A stretch of 55,840 nt of DNA from Candidatus Woesearchaeota archaeon (GCA_023246445.1 JAHFIJ010000003.1:1-55840); one strand, 5' to 3'; positions 29,538 through 40,310 are shown, counted from the first letter of the stretch. A program made the numbers and translations. The notes: a model not told the origin generated them from the sequence alone.

Positions 29538-29873
29538 TTATTTAGAAGATCTCCATCTGTTTTTGCATTTAACACATTCAAAAAATCTTGTTTCTGCTTC
29601 ATCACCAGCTCTTGTTTGAATTGTCCAAAAATAGGCTTCCTTGTGCCTACATTTAGGGCATTCCTCTTCTGTTTTTGGAAGAGAATCAACACGCTTTTCA
29701 ATAACTGCAATTTCCTCGTTTTTATGGACTTTAAGAGTTTCTTTAATAATTAAATCATCTGAAGATTTAGATTTGTAAGAGCAACCAGAACAAGATAAAA
29801 CACCTTTCACCCCTGGCTTTGGGATTAAAATTGATGAGCATTTTGGGCAAAATAACATTTTAAGAACCTCCAA
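29538..29873 (-). CDS. tfs: Transcription factor S (TFS)
   Basis: FCPKC N-ribbon; CPKC...QTRAGDEAET..C..C. Confidence 0.93.
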   Translation of the reverse strand: MEVLKMLFCPKCSSILIPKPGVKGVLSCSGCSYKSKSSDDLIIKETLKVHKNEEIAVIEKRVDSLPKTEEECPKCRHKEAYFWTIQTRAGDEAETRFFECVKCKNRWRSSK

Positions 29874-30432
29874 ATAATTTCATTAAAGGCGAAACTATTA
29901 ATTCTGTAAATATAATTTTTATGTAGCCTACAAATGGAATTCTTAAGATAGCTTTACCAATTATACTATCCCTTGGGATTTCCTTTTCAAATTCCTGGAT
30001 TCTGTTCACATTATCCCCTTTTGTTGAAATTTTATCATTGATTATCACAGCCCTATGAATAATCGGGTTTGAATGACTTGCTGAGTGGTAAACGAGAACA
30101 TTTCCCCTTTTTATATTTTTTGGAGCTATTAAAATCATTAAATCACCCTTATTAAAGCCATTTTTAAATGAGTAAGAGGAAAATTCTTCTTTTGTAATAT
30201 TTAAAGATTCGTAGAAATTACTGTTTAAAGACCACCAATTTTCAAAATTCTTATTATGCTCCATGCTTTCTGAAACAACAGCTACTATTGGAAAATTAGT
30301 CCCTAAGAAAAAACCCAAAACAGGATAAAAAATAAATTTAACAATTATAACTGCTAATATTACAGTAGTAACCCACGACGCTAAAGAATCTTCATGCCAA
30401 ATAAAATGCCACAGCTTTTTTAAAAATGACAT
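29860..30432 (-). CDS. Archaeal signal peptidase I (S26)
   Basis: VVSESM, GDL, IIHR, TKGDN. Confidence 0.9.
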   Translation of the reverse strand: MSFLKKLWHFIWHEDSLASWVTTVILAVIIVKFIFYPVLGFFLGTNFPIVAVVSESMEHNKNFENWWSLNSNFYESLNITKEEFSSYSFKNGFNKGDLMILIAPKNIKRGNVLVYHSASHSNPIIHRAVIINDKISTKGDNVNRIQEFEKEIPRDSIIGKAILRIPFVGYIKIIFTELIVSPLMKLFGGS

Positions 30433-30448
30433 TTTGATTATAAAGAGA

Positions 30449-30718
30449 TTAAATTAATTTCTTAAATTTCTCTTTTAATTCCTCAGTTTGTTTTATTAAT
30501 CTTGAGATTGCATTCTGGACAGCTTTTTTAGCATCTTTTCTGTGCTCAACTATAAAGGTTGGATGACCTATCATTGGATGCTCTAGATGATAAGCTGCAG
30601 CTATTAGGTCTTTATCATTCCAAAGCTCTTTTCTTAAGATATTACATATAGTGTGGGATTCACCTTTAAGCTCAAATTTTAGCCTTGTTTTTGTATCTTC
30701 CAGAATTGTTATTTTCAT
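30449..30718 (-). CDS. rpoL: RNA polymerase subunit L (Rpo11)
   Basis: GESHTICNILR...AAYHLEHP. Confidence 0.93.
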   Translation of the reverse strand: MKITILEDTKTRLKFELKGESHTICNILRKELWNDKDLIAAAYHLEHPMIGHPTFIVEHRKDAKKAVQNAISRLIKQTEELKEKFKKLI

Positions 30719-30763
30719 AGGTGATAAAAGAGGAAAGATAATGTTTTTAAAGCTTTCCTAGGT

Positions 30764-31027
30764 TTATTTTCTATGTTTTTTATTAGATTTCTTTTTATTA
30801 ACCTTAACAACAAAATAATACAATATAGCACCCAAAAGCCCGAGCAATATTAAAATAATTACCCAAACAATTTTTTCATTATCTGACTTGAATTTTCTTT
30901 GTATACAATCAACTAATAACCATAGCCAAAATATTGTTCCCAGTATTGCAATCAAGAATCCAAATGCGCCCATTGCAAAAAAGAATGGGATAAACATTAG
31001 ACCGAACATATTTGATAAGCCCATCAT
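30764..31027 (-). CDS. PLDc N-terminal-type small membrane protein
   Basis: FWLWLLVDCIQR...KIVWVIIL...GAILYYF. Confidence 0.75.
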   Translation of the reverse strand: MMGLSNMFGLMFIPFFFAMGAFGFLIAILGTIFWLWLLVDCIQRKFKSDNEKIVWVIILILLGLLGAILYYFVVKVNKKKSNKKHRK

Positions 31028-31055
31028 AAAATTCAGTTAATTTCTTAGTTTATAT

Positions 31056-31517
31056 TCATTTCTTTTTTAATTTTATTAGATCACCTATTGTTAATTCTGA
31101 GCTTTTGAAGTCTATTGTTTTATTTTTAATATCTTCCTCAACTTCCTGCAATATATTAATTTTAAGAAGATTTTCAATTTTTATGGTTAGATTTATCGGT
31201 GGAATGAAATGGCCTGATTCCAGATTATGGATTAGAGAAACTTTCTCATTTAGTTTTTTTGCCAATTCTTCCTGTGTTAAGTTTAATTTTTCTCTTGCAG
31301 ATTTAACTTTTAAATTAAATTTATCTACAAATACAGACCATGGCTCTTCATGTTTTACTGGTTTTTTTATAGTTTGGGGGACAAGAGCAACATCATCAAT
31401 TAGTTTAGTTCCATGCTGCAAACAAGAGGGGCAAACCAAAAACTTTGTATCTTCCACTAGTGCAGGAGTCAGATTAGCGGTTTTACCACATAATTCGCAT
31501 TCTACCATAGAGATCAC
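31056..31517 (-). CDS. Archaeal multiprotein bridging factor aMBF1
   Basis: CELCG..C..C ribbon, HTH (AREKLNLTQEELA), LTIGDLIK end. Confidence 0.9.
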   Translation of the reverse strand: MISMVECELCGKTANLTPALVEDTKFLVCPSCLQHGTKLIDDVALVPQTIKKPVKHEEPWSVFVDKFNLKVKSAREKLNLTQEELAKKLNEKVSLIHNLESGHFIPPINLTIKIENLLKINILQEVEEDIKNKTIDFKSSELTIGDLIKLKKK

Positions 31518-31574
31518 ATTAATTAATTTAGAATATTAAAAGGGTTTAAATATTTTGTTATTCTACAGAAATAT

Positions 31575-32222
31575 ATGAAGGGCTTAAGTATTGTAATACC
31601 TACATTAAACGAGGAAGAGAATATTAAAGAAATAATAGGAATTTTGAATAGATTGTATAATGGGGTTGAGATTTTAGTTGTGGACTCAGATAGTAAAGAT
31701 AAAACCAGAGAAACTGCAATAAGGTTGGGGGTTAGGGTTATAGGAACAGGCAAAGGATTATGCAGAGCTGTTTTAGAAGGTTTAAAGATGGCTAAAAATG
31801 ATTTTATAGTTGTGATGGATGCAGATTTGCAGCACCCACCGGAATTAATTAAAGAGATGTATGAAACTTTAAAATATAGTGACGTAGTAATTGCAACGAG
31901 ATTTAACAGAGAAGATTATGGAGATTTTAGTTTTAAAAGATATTTGATAAGCAAAGCTGCTAATTTTACTGCAAGAAGATTTTTAAAGGTTAAAGTTAAA
32001 GATCCTATGTCTGGGTTTTTTGGGATTAGAAAAGAAATAGTAAATAAAATAAATGAGGGTAGATTTGTTAAAGAAGGCTATAAGGTTTTATTTGACATAT
32101 TAAAGCAGTTTAAAGATATAAAAATTAAAGAAATTAAATATAAGTTTCAAATAAGAAAAAAAGGGAAAAGTAAATTTAATTTTAAACATGTAAAATGCCT
32201 GATAAAAAGTTTTTTAAGATAA
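31575..32222 (+). CDS. Polyprenol-phosphate mannosyltransferase-like GT2
   Basis: IVIPTLNEE, VMDADLQHPPE, DPMSGFF. Confidence 0.9.
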   Translation: MKGLSIVIPTLNEEENIKEIIGILNRLYNGVEILVVDSDSKDKTRETAIRLGVRVIGTGKGLCRAVLEGLKMAKNDFIVVMDADLQHPPELIKEMYETLKYSDVVIATRFNREDYGDFSFKRYLISKAANFTARRFLKVKVKDPMSGFFGIRKEIVNKINEGRFVKEGYKVLFDILKQFKDIKIKEIKYKFQIRKKGKSKFNFKHVKCLIKSFLR

Positions 32223-32223
32223 T

Positions 32224-32907
32224 TTAACAGTCTTCTGGCTTTTGCTTATAATTTTGGCATATTATTTCTTTTAAAGGCTCATTTTCTATTAAACCTTCAT
32301 ATTTTTTATTTTCAACAACAATCGCAGGATAAGCAGTAATATTAAACTGAACCATCAGGGTTTTAACTAATGGCTCCTGCTCAGCTAATCTTGCATCAAA
32401 AGTGAACACTAAAAATTTGTCCCCTAAAAGTTTTTTATAATAGTCAAGAACAAATGCCTGAGGATCACAATCATTACAATCTTCTGACAAGAAGAACAAT
32501 ACACGAACAAAATCCTCATTGCAAGACCTTTTAATTTCTCCGGCTAAAGTCCAGTATTTTATTTCTTCCAGAACATACTGACGATGAGTTAAAACAAAAT
32601 CTTCTGTTTTGTAAATTGCCCGATCTTTGTAAGAAACCAATCTGCCTAAAGATTTGCTTAAAGATTTAATATTACTATTAAGTATTTCCTTTATTGCAGG
32701 ACAACTTTGGGTAATATTTTGTGTTGTTAGATATAAGTATTGCAGCTGAATAGAATCTGACTCAACTTTTTGCTGGGATAATACTGTAGAAACATAATTT
32801 GATCTGACCTTATCAATTATTATACCTGAAATAAAGCCTATAGAGAATACTGTTAAAGTTATAAAAAATGCAGCTACATATTTTTTTGTGCTTAGTTTTC
32901 TTTCCAT
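32224..32907 (-). CDS. Membrane-anchored thioredoxin-fold protein
   Basis: N-terminal TM; CNDC motif and YP cis-Pro-like. Confidence 0.65.
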   Translation of the reverse strand: MERKLSTKKYVAAFFITLTVFSIGFISGIIIDKVRSNYVSTVLSQQKVESDSIQLQYLYLTTQNITQSCPAIKEILNSNIKSLSKSLGRLVSYKDRAIYKTEDFVLTHRQYVLEEIKYWTLAGEIKRSCNEDFVRVLFFLSEDCNDCDPQAFVLDYYKKLLGDKFLVFTFDARLAEQEPLVKTLMVQFNITAYPAIVVENKKYEGLIENEPLKEIICQNYKQKPEDC

Positions 32908-34211
32908 TCTGTTGAGTAAATCCTGGCATATTTATAAGCATTCTGATGGAGGGATATTGGTTTGAATGTTTTGTCAATAAAATCCCTGTATTCTGGTTCA
33001 CCGTGATAGTTATCCATAAAGATATACTTTATGCTATTATCCTTAAGATTAGTTAAAAATTCTTCTTTTGTTTTTGGAAAGAATAAAGAGTTGTCTTTTT
33101 TTCCGAAATAGGCACAATAAGGCTGAGAATTGCAATAAATCTTACTATCTGGTAAATTACTTAACTCTTTTGAAGAGTCTATTAATAATTTTGTGTTTGC
33201 CTTATCATTTAAGATTATTGATATTGAAACCGGAAGCATTAGTAAAAATATAATTAATAAGATAATGGATGAATATTTTTTTATTATAAGTTCAATGCCT
33301 GAAGCTATAAATGGCAGAATTAACGGGAATAATGGAAGCAAAAATCTTTCCTGAACATTATGGCTAAATACCAATTGCAAGATTATAAAATTTATTATTA
33401 AAGTGATTAAAAACAGTTTTAGTTTTTTTCTGTAATTCATTAAACCCAAGATTATAAATGGGGAAGTAAATAAAAATATTTTAAAGAAATGCCTTAAATA
33501 AAACAAATAATCTTTTGCTTCTATTGTTATCTGAGATTGAAATATTAATGCGCCTAATGGGTGGCCATAATATAAAACCCCCTGAATAAAAACAGGAATT
33601 AATGGGATAATAAATGCAAAGAAGGCTTTTAATAATTTTATTTTTGTTATTAGTTTTATGTTCTCTATCAAAATATACATTAAGAAGGGAAGAGTGAAGG
33701 CCAAGTTTAATGGCTTTGATAATGTTGATAAAGATGATGAAAAAATTGCCAGGTAGACATTAATCTCGTTATTGGTTTGCTTAAACTTAAAATAGAAAAA
33801 CAAAGAAAGAGTTATGAGCAACATTGAAGGGGATTCTGTCATTATTTTAGAAGTCCAAAAAAGATAAAGATATAATGTAGAAATTGAAATTATAGATAAT
33901 AAGGATATTTTTTCACTAAAAAAGTAATTTAGCAGTTTATAAAAGAGGTATAAGACTAATAGGGATATAATCACCATAATTAAATGCTGGATAAAACTGT
34001 TTTGTGTAAAGGAGAGTATTGCGGGCAATAAAACCGGCCTAAAACCTTCTTCTATATAAGCATTATAAGACTCTTTCTGATTAAGATTTTTAGCTAATTG
34101 CAAGTAAACAACTTCATCCCAATAATAGTTTTCTTTTGTGAAATTTATTAAGTAGACGTTAACCAGAAAAAATATTAATAAGTATAACAGGAAATAATGT
34201 TTAGTTTTCAT
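32892..34211 (-). CDS. GT-C (PMT-2/GT39-like) glycosyltransferase
   Basis: YWDEVVY, RP, TES, ERFLLP in a polytopic protein. Confidence 0.8.
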   Translation of the reverse strand: MKTKHYFLLYLLIFFLVNVYLINFTKENYYWDEVVYLQLAKNLNQKESYNAYIEEGFRPVLLPAILSFTQNSFIQHLIMVIISLLVLYLFYKLLNYFFSEKISLLSIISISTLYLYLFWTSKIMTESPSMLLITLSLFFYFKFKQTNNEINVYLAIFSSSLSTLSKPLNLAFTLPFLMYILIENIKLITKIKLLKAFFAFIIPLIPVFIQGVLYYGHPLGALIFQSQITIEAKDYLFYLRHFFKIFLFTSPFIILGLMNYRKKLKLFLITLIINFIILQLVFSHNVQERFLLPLFPLILPFIASGIELIIKKYSSIILLIIFLLMLPVSISIILNDKANTKLLIDSSKELSNLPDSKIYCNSQPYCAYFGKKDNSLFFPKTKEEFLTNLKDNSIKYIFMDNYHGEPEYRDFIDKTFKPISLHQNAYKYARIYSTEWKEN

Positions 34212-35413
34212 TTAACTCTTTTACCAGCACTATACCATTTATAATTTCTGTCGAATATTGCACTGTAAGTAACTATTATAAAAACAAAAGCCAAGAATAA
34301 AGGATGGACAAACATATAATAGGCCAATGAGCTAAAGGTTTTACCATATAAATTTAATTTTTCATTGATTAATTTATGGGAATAGTAAACAATTATTAAG
34401 GCCATTACCGCAGAAACTAAAATAATTGAGAGGTTTACAAATTTAATATCAAGCATTTTATAATTAAATTCAAATGTTTTTATTAAAGTGAATATATCAA
34501 AGTTTATCATTATTAATTTTTCAATTCCTCTTGTTACCCAAAGCCTTATATCGTTCATGAAAGCTATGAACATTGTTATTGATAAAAAAGGCAATATTAA
34601 AATTGAAGGCATTCTCATATACCATCTTTTTCTTTGGTAATACAAGCCTTTAATAGTATTTGGGGGGAGAGTGTAGACTTCTGCATCATATGTCTGGAGA
34701 ATTCTATAATTCTTTTTTTGAATTCTTATTGCTAATTCCAAATCTTCTGTAATGCAAGTTTCATCAAAACCATTTAATTCTTTTAAGACTGAGGTTCTGT
34801 ATAATGGAAAAGGCCCAGGAGTAACGTGGATGCAGTTTAATTTTTCATTCATTAACCTGTAAAACATATTAACAGTGTATTCAATTCTTTGCATTCTTTG
34901 CAATAAGTTTTTAGGATTTTTTATCTTCATTGTGGGGAGAACAGAGGCAATATTTTTCTCTGTAAAATAAGGCAATAGATTTTTTAATATAGATGGCGTT
35001 GCAAATGAATCTGCGTCTAATGTTGCTGTAAATTCAGAATCAACTAATTTCAGAGCAGTATTTAAAGCACTTGCCTTTCCACCATTTAGTTTATTTATTA
35101 ACAAAACATTTTTATTTTCCTTAACAATTTTTTCTACTATTTCCTGTGTCCTATCCCTGCTACCATCGTTTATCACTATAATTTTTAGTTTATCTTTTGG
35201 ATAATCCAGATTTATAACTGACTTAACTGTTTCTTCTATAGAGTCTTCTTCATTATAAGCAGGGATTAAAACTGAAACTGTGGGCCATATTTTCCAATGC
35301 CTCTTCTTTACTTCTGTTTTTTCCAATAAAGTTAATAACCAAAATACTGTAAAGTATAAAGACGCAAAGTATACTACAGTTAATACTACTTCCGAGAAAT
35401 ATATGCTAACCAT
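34208..35413 (-). CDS. Processive-type GT2 (PgaC/cellulose-synthase-like)
   Basis: PAYNEE, DAD, TEDLE, QRKRW. Confidence 0.85.
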   Translation of the reverse strand: MVSIYFSEVVLTVVYFASLYFTVFWLLTLLEKTEVKKRHWKIWPTVSVLIPAYNEEDSIEETVKSVINLDYPKDKLKIIVINDGSRDRTQEIVEKIVKENKNVLLINKLNGGKASALNTALKLVDSEFTATLDADSFATPSILKNLLPYFTEKNIASVLPTMKIKNPKNLLQRMQRIEYTVNMFYRLMNEKLNCIHVTPGPFPLYRTSVLKELNGFDETCITEDLELAIRIQKKNYRILQTYDAEVYTLPPNTIKGLYYQRKRWYMRMPSILILPFLSITMFIAFMNDIRLWVTRGIEKLIMINFDIFTLIKTFEFNYKMLDIKFVNLSIILVSAVMALIIVYYSHKLINEKLNLYGKTFSSLAYYMFVHPLFLAFVFIIVTYSAIFDRNYKWYSAGKRVK

Positions 35414-35495
35414 GGATTTATAGGTTATTTTAAGGGTTATAAATATTGCGTAGGTTTTGTAAAAAGTGCATTATTGCGTTGTCGGGTGCTGGATT

Positions 35496-35571
35496 GTGCT
35501 GTATGGCATGAGCTAACAGAGAAAAATTAGCCAGAATTATGCTAATCTTTCATAATCATACCACACAGCAC
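35496..35571 (-). repeat. 16-bp imperfect inverted repeat (hairpin or MITE-like)
   Basis: GTGCTGTATGGCATGA / TCATACCACACAGCAC. Confidence 0.6.
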
Positions 35572-35652
35572 CAGAAAAGTCATAACATGTTATAGTGACA
35601 GAATTGTAGTATAAAGGAATAAAAGCCTATTTTAATGCAATGTGGAAGTTAG

Positions 35653-37089
35653 CTAAATTTTAATTATCTTCCAAATCTCTACCTTATCATTTTTGTAGAA
35701 TCTTACTATGTTTGGGTTGTTTTTTAAAATAAACTGCAAGCCTTCATCATCTGTATTCCATAACTGCTTTTTTAGCTCTGAGTCTATAAAGATATAATTT
35801 ATTTTGTATTTGTCTGCTATTCCATTAAATTTATTAATGTCTCTTGTCTGGAAAATTTCATTAATATCATTTAACCTTTCTTTTGCTTGCGGCGCTAAAA
35901 AAGTATTTGAGTCTGCTATATTTTTCCTTTCTGCGAAATAATTAATCCAGTGGCCTCTTGATGGATCTGATAAGATAACGGAATCTTCAGGAGAGTTTTC
36001 ATTTAGATATTTTAATGATAAAATCAATTCTTTATCAGGCAACTGAGTTTCAATACTAAAAACAAATGTTAAGCTGGATAAAACAATGCCAAACATTAAA
36101 GCCGTGATAGTTATAATTTTTAGATTACCTGAGATCCATTTTTTATTATGCAGATTAAATATCCCAAAGGCAGCCAGGACCGAGGCTATTGGCGCTAATA
36201 AGAATAAAGCAAAAGATGAAAAAAATGATAAAATAAATAAAAATATGACCGCAAAGTATAACTGCTTCGAATATGAAAATTTTTTCCATAAATGAATTAA
36301 GCTATAGACTGAAGCAATTAATAAAAATATAGATAACCCCGGGTTAAAACCAAAATCAGAGATTATTAAAGATAGAGAATTAACTTTTTGAAATGGATTA
36401 AAGTAAGAGGAGAACTTTGATAAGTAAATTAGATATATAAAATAAATTATTAAAGTCAAAAATGAGGGGAATAATAGATAGATTTGTTTTTTGTTTTTAG
36501 AAATTATTAATATTATAAAAAGGATTATAACTATTAAAGCGGCTAAAGGGTTTACAAGAGGAAATAAAAATAGGATAAATGATAATGCTTTATATTTTGA
36601 TTTAAGATATAAATAAAATGCGAGAATTGAGAATAATAAAGGCGTTAAATTCTGGGATATTGTAGAGATTAAATAAATAAAAACAGGCGATAAAATAAAT
36701 AAAAGGACCGATAAAAATGAGATTTTATTTTCAATTTTTAGCTCTTTTAAGATAATGATAAATAAAATTAAAATTAGTATTGAGATTAAAATCGAGAATA
36801 TCTTTGCGATAACCAAAACATTAATGTTAATTAAAACAGATATAATGGCTAAGAATATTTCTGATAAGGAAAACGCAGGATTGAACCTTGATGAAAAACT
36901 TAACCCATCTTTTATTATTATGGAAGGATCTTTTAAAAATTCTTTAGCTATCTTTAATGTTAAGTAAGAATCTTCTCCTAAGGGATAATCAAATGATCTT
37001 GAAAATGAGAATAGTATTACTAGTAAAAGAATTAAGAATATTAATTTATTCTTTTTAACATTCGGCGCTATAGAGCTCTGCTTCTTCAT
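35653..37089 (-). CDS. GT-C-like polytopic membrane protein
   Basis: DSY loop, many TMs, C-terminal ILSDPSRGHWINYFAERK (AglB-like soluble domain). Confidence 0.7.
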   Translation of the reverse strand: MKKQSSIAPNVKKNKLIFLILLLVILFSFSRSFDYPLGEDSYLTLKIAKEFLKDPSIIIKDGLSFSSRFNPAFSLSEIFLAIISVLININVLVIAKIFSILISILILILFIIILKELKIENKISFLSVLLFILSPVFIYLISTISQNLTPLLFSILAFYLYLKSKYKALSFILFLFPLVNPLAALIVIILFIILIISKNKKQIYLLFPSFLTLIIYFIYLIYLSKFSSYFNPFQKVNSLSLIISDFGFNPGLSIFLLIASVYSLIHLWKKFSYSKQLYFAVIFLFILSFFSSFALFLLAPIASVLAAFGIFNLHNKKWISGNLKIITITALMFGIVLSSLTFVFSIETQLPDKELILSLKYLNENSPEDSVILSDPSRGHWINYFAERKNIADSNTFLAPQAKERLNDINEIFQTRDINKFNGIADKYKINYIFIDSELKKQLWNTDDEGLQFILKNNPNIVRFYKNDKVEIWKIIKI

Positions 37090-38512
37090 TTTTGAATACC
37101 TCTTTCAGACATTTATCCCGGAATGATAATTTTTGGATATTATAGAATTTTCTTCCGTGTTTTGTTAATAACATATAATCGATGCCATATTTATCTATTA
37201 TTTGTTTTGCAACTGATGATATTTCTGTTATATATAATGTGTTTAAGTCATCAAATCTTTCTGTTGTTTCCGGAGCATTCAAGTAATAAGTATCCATTAT
37301 ATTTCTCCGGCCAATAAAATTAATTAAGTGCCCTTCTACTGGTGAAGCAGCTATTTTTGATAAAGGAGAGGTTTTAGATTTAATAAACTCAAAGGCTTCA
37401 AATTCTTTTTTTGATATTGTATCCAATGCTGAGGCTTGCGTGAAAGATGGGAGTATGGACGTTAAGATTATTAGTATTAAGATTATAAAAATAAAAATAG
37501 GTTTTAATTTATAAAGTTTGGTTTTGGAAATATATGAAAAAAATGCTATTATGCCTAAAGATGATAATAACGATAGAGACAGACCTAAGATTAAAAGCCC
37601 CAGATTAAAATCAATAAGCTTGAAGGCTAATAATGCAAACAAGGTTAATATCAAAGAAGAGATTAAGAATATGGATGCTTTTTTTGCCTTGAATAAACCA
37701 TTTGAAATACCAATTAAGCCAAATACCAGATTAATTAGACCAATACCGGAGACAATTTCAATGAGATTAACAGATTTGAAGAAGTTATGCTGAATTTGTG
37801 ATGGAATGTTCTGGAAGATTGTGTTAAAGCCTAATATGGAAAGATCTTTTTTAAATATCAAAAGTGCGGCTAGTAAAGATAAGATAATAAAAAATATTAT
37901 TGCTTCTTTTCTATTTTCATTTATTTTTATGTTAACAATTTTTAATAAGAGAGGATATAACATAAATGAGATAGTTAAAATTAAAAATAAAGGATGTGTA
38001 AATAAAAGCAATACAGTTGTTAGTATCAAAAGATTAAATACCGGCTTTTCTTTTAGAGTTATGACGAAGTATAATATTAGAAACATTAAAGGGATTGCTA
38101 AAGTGTAGATTGAAACTGAATTTAAAGTTTGTTTAATGGCTATGGGTGTAAAAGAATATAAAACTGCAGCTAACAGGGAAGCCCATTCATTATTTGAGAT
38201 TCTTAATGAGACTAAAAAGGCAATGATAACAGATAATGAAAATAATAAAGCGGGGATTATTTTGTAGTTGTTTGGAATGAAGGACGTTAATGCCAGGATA
38301 TAATGGAATAATGGCGGATAGGAAATAGTTCTGCCTGAATAGCTTAACTCATCATAACCTGGTGGGATAATATTTTCTTTTATTTTTTCTGTTTGGTAGA
38401 TATGAAAATAAGATTGACCTAACGTAAAATTATCATAGGAAAAAGAGAAATATAATCTAAATAAAAATGTTACTATAACAATCAAGATTAGTAATAAAAA
38501 CACCTTACGCAT
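37055..38512 (-). CDS. GT-C-like polytopic membrane protein (paralog of neighbour)
   Basis: SYFH, YSGR..YPPLFH, EGHLINFIGRRN. Confidence 0.7.
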   Translation of the reverse strand: MRKVFLLLILIVIVTFLFRLYFSFSYDNFTLGQSYFHIYQTEKIKENIIPPGYDELSYSGRTISYPPLFHYILALTSFIPNNYKIIPALLFSLSVIIAFLVSLRISNNEWASLLAAVLYSFTPIAIKQTLNSVSIYTLAIPLMFLILYFVITLKEKPVFNLLILTTVLLLFTHPLFLILTISFMLYPLLLKIVNIKINENRKEAIIFFIILSLLAALLIFKKDLSILGFNTIFQNIPSQIQHNFFKSVNLIEIVSGIGLINLVFGLIGISNGLFKAKKASIFLISSLILTLFALLAFKLIDFNLGLLILGLSLSLLSSLGIIAFFSYISKTKLYKLKPIFIFIILILIILTSILPSFTQASALDTISKKEFEAFEFIKSKTSPLSKIAASPVEGHLINFIGRRNIMDTYYLNAPETTERFDDLNTLYITEISSVAKQIIDKYGIDYMLLTKHGRKFYNIQKLSFRDKCLKEVFKNEEAELYSAEC

Positions 38513-39113
38513 TTTGTTTCGACTCTTCCTTTGTATTTTCTAAGGCTTCTTTAACTTCTGTTTTAGGCTCTTCAGCTAAAATCTGTTTTGCTTCCTTTTC
38601 CAAGGATTCTAAGACTTTAGTTTCTATTTTCTGGAATTCCTGTTTTAATTTTGTGTCAGGAATGTCAAAGTAATCGTAGAATTTCTGCGTTAATTTCAAT
38701 AATCTTGTTCTTCCAAATTTCTCGGATATTATAAAATCCAACTCCTTTAATCTTTGAATATGATCATAGGCTTTGTTGCCTCTTACTTTGATTACTTCTG
38801 ATTGAGTCATTGGCTGTTTATAGGCTATAACTGCCAGAGTTTCTTGAGATGGACGATCTAGTTCTGCATCTGAAATTAAGCTTGAAGTTAAATAATTATA
38901 AGACCGTTTTAAACCTAGTTTCCATTTATCACTTTCATTGAAGATTTCTAATGCTGTCTGTTTTTGATCGTATTCTTTTTTTAATTCTGTTAAAGCAATT
39001 TTAATATCTTCCAATGAATTGTGGCAGTAAGGTGAAAATTCTTCTGGCAGCATAAACCTGCCTGTAATAAATAAGACTGCTTCTACCTTTAGTTTTAAAT
39101 CTTGATTTTCCAT
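38505..39113 (-). CDS. scpB: SMC-Scp complex subunit ScpB
   Basis: VEAVLF, ETLAVIAYKQP.T...IKVRG, TQKFYDYF. Confidence 0.92.
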   Translation of the reverse strand: MENQDLKLKVEAVLFITGRFMLPEEFSPYCHNSLEDIKIALTELKKEYDQKQTALEIFNESDKWKLGLKRSYNYLTSSLISDAELDRPSQETLAVIAYKQPMTQSEVIKVRGNKAYDHIQRLKELDFIISEKFGRTRLLKLTQKFYDYFDIPDTKLKQEFQKIETKVLESLEKEAKQILAEEPKTEVKEALENTKEESKQNA

Positions 39114-39200
39114 TAGACTAATAAGAAATAAGGATTTTTTAAAGGTTGTTATTGCCTTTTGATAATTTTGACTTCAACATATAACATATTGTATACAAAT

Positions 39201-39440
39201 TTAATGAATTTCTACAAGCTCATTATCCATGATTTTTACAGCATACATTTTTGGGTTTATTTCTCCATTGGATTGAACTTTTATTAGCCCATTTAGAGTA
39301 TCTATTGTTCCAATATTCTTTATGTTTTCTGCAATTTCTTCTCCCGGTAATTTTTTTCCTTCTGTAGCTCTTCCAATCAGTTTTATTATATCATAGCCAA
39401 ATGAAGCTGCAAATAAGGGATCGCTATTGAAAACTTCTTG
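39201..39440 (-). pseudogene. C-terminal fragment of LivK-like ABC substrate-binding protein
   Basis: Start-less open frame QEVFNSDPLFAASFGYDIIKLI...TLNGLIKVQSNGE...ELVEIH*. Confidence 0.65.
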
Positions 39441-39610
39441 TTAATTGCAATAAATTTGAAGTCCTAAATAACAAAACAGGGATTTGGTTTAGCATTGTAT
39501 TTCATGAACTATATATCTGTCTCCTTGCTCACCAGTTACGTCTCGACCGACCATTCTTTTATCATTGAGAGAATAAATAAATCTGTTTCATTAGAAAAGT
39601 TTATAATAAG

Positions 39611-40078
39611 GTGGTGTTAAATAGTATATATTCGAGGGGCGAGAAAACTCGAAGGGGAATCAAAATGCCAAATTGTGCTCAATGTGGAAAACAGGTCGGC
39701 GTATTTTCAGCAAAATCTGATTTTTCTGGAAACTCTTTTTGTAGTGATGAATGTAAAAGTAAATTTACTGAAAAAAAGAACAAGGAAAAAGAAACAGAAA
39801 AGGAAATGATGTCGAAAGGAATGATAAAGGAAATAAAATGCAAATGCAACCAATGTGGGGATGTATGGCACTATCTTGAGGAAGATGAGAAGAAATTAAA
39901 AAGTCAATCCATGAGCAATGCTATGATTGGTTGTGGAATGTGCTGTAATCCTTTCGGAGCATTATTTTCTAATAAGTCCATTGATTTACAAAGAGAAATG
40001 GACAAGATGAAGAAATGTCCAAAGTGCAATTCAACAGATGTTACAAGAACTCCAACTTACCATGCAAAGAGAACCTAA
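39611..40078 (+). CDS. Multi zinc-ribbon hypothetical protein (likely start MPNCAQC)
   Basis: CAQC, CSDEC, CNQC, CPKC motifs. Confidence 0.75.
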   Translation: MVLNSIYSRGEKTRRGIKMPNCAQCGKQVGVFSAKSDFSGNSFCSDECKSKFTEKKNKEKETEKEMMSKGMIKEIKCKCNQCGDVWHYLEEDEKKLKSQSMSNAMIGCGMCCNPFGALFSNKSIDLQREMDKMKKCPKCNSTDVTRTPTYHAKRT

Positions 40079-40304
40079 TTTTCTGGAGAAAGTATCAATT
40101 TATATCATTATCCATATCCATCAGAAGAAACTATCTCCTAAATTCAATAGAATGGGTGCTAAATGTAGGTTTTATCCATCTTGTTCAAACTATGGATTAA
40201 AGGCAATTGAAAAATACGGTTTCTTCAAAGGATGGATAAAAACTATTAGGAGGATATGGAGATGCAATCCATGGAATGATAATTCTCATGTAGATTATCC
40301 ATAA
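40038..40304 (+). CDS. yidD: Membrane protein insertion efficiency factor YidD-like
   Basis: CRFYPSCSNY..AIEKYG..KG...RIWRCNPW...DYP. Confidence 0.88.
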   Translation: MLQELQLTMQREPNFLEKVSIYIIIHIHQKKLSPKFNRMGAKCRFYPSCSNYGLKAIEKYGFFKGWIKTIRRIWRCNPWNDNSHVDYP

Positions 40305-40310
40305 TGTTAA

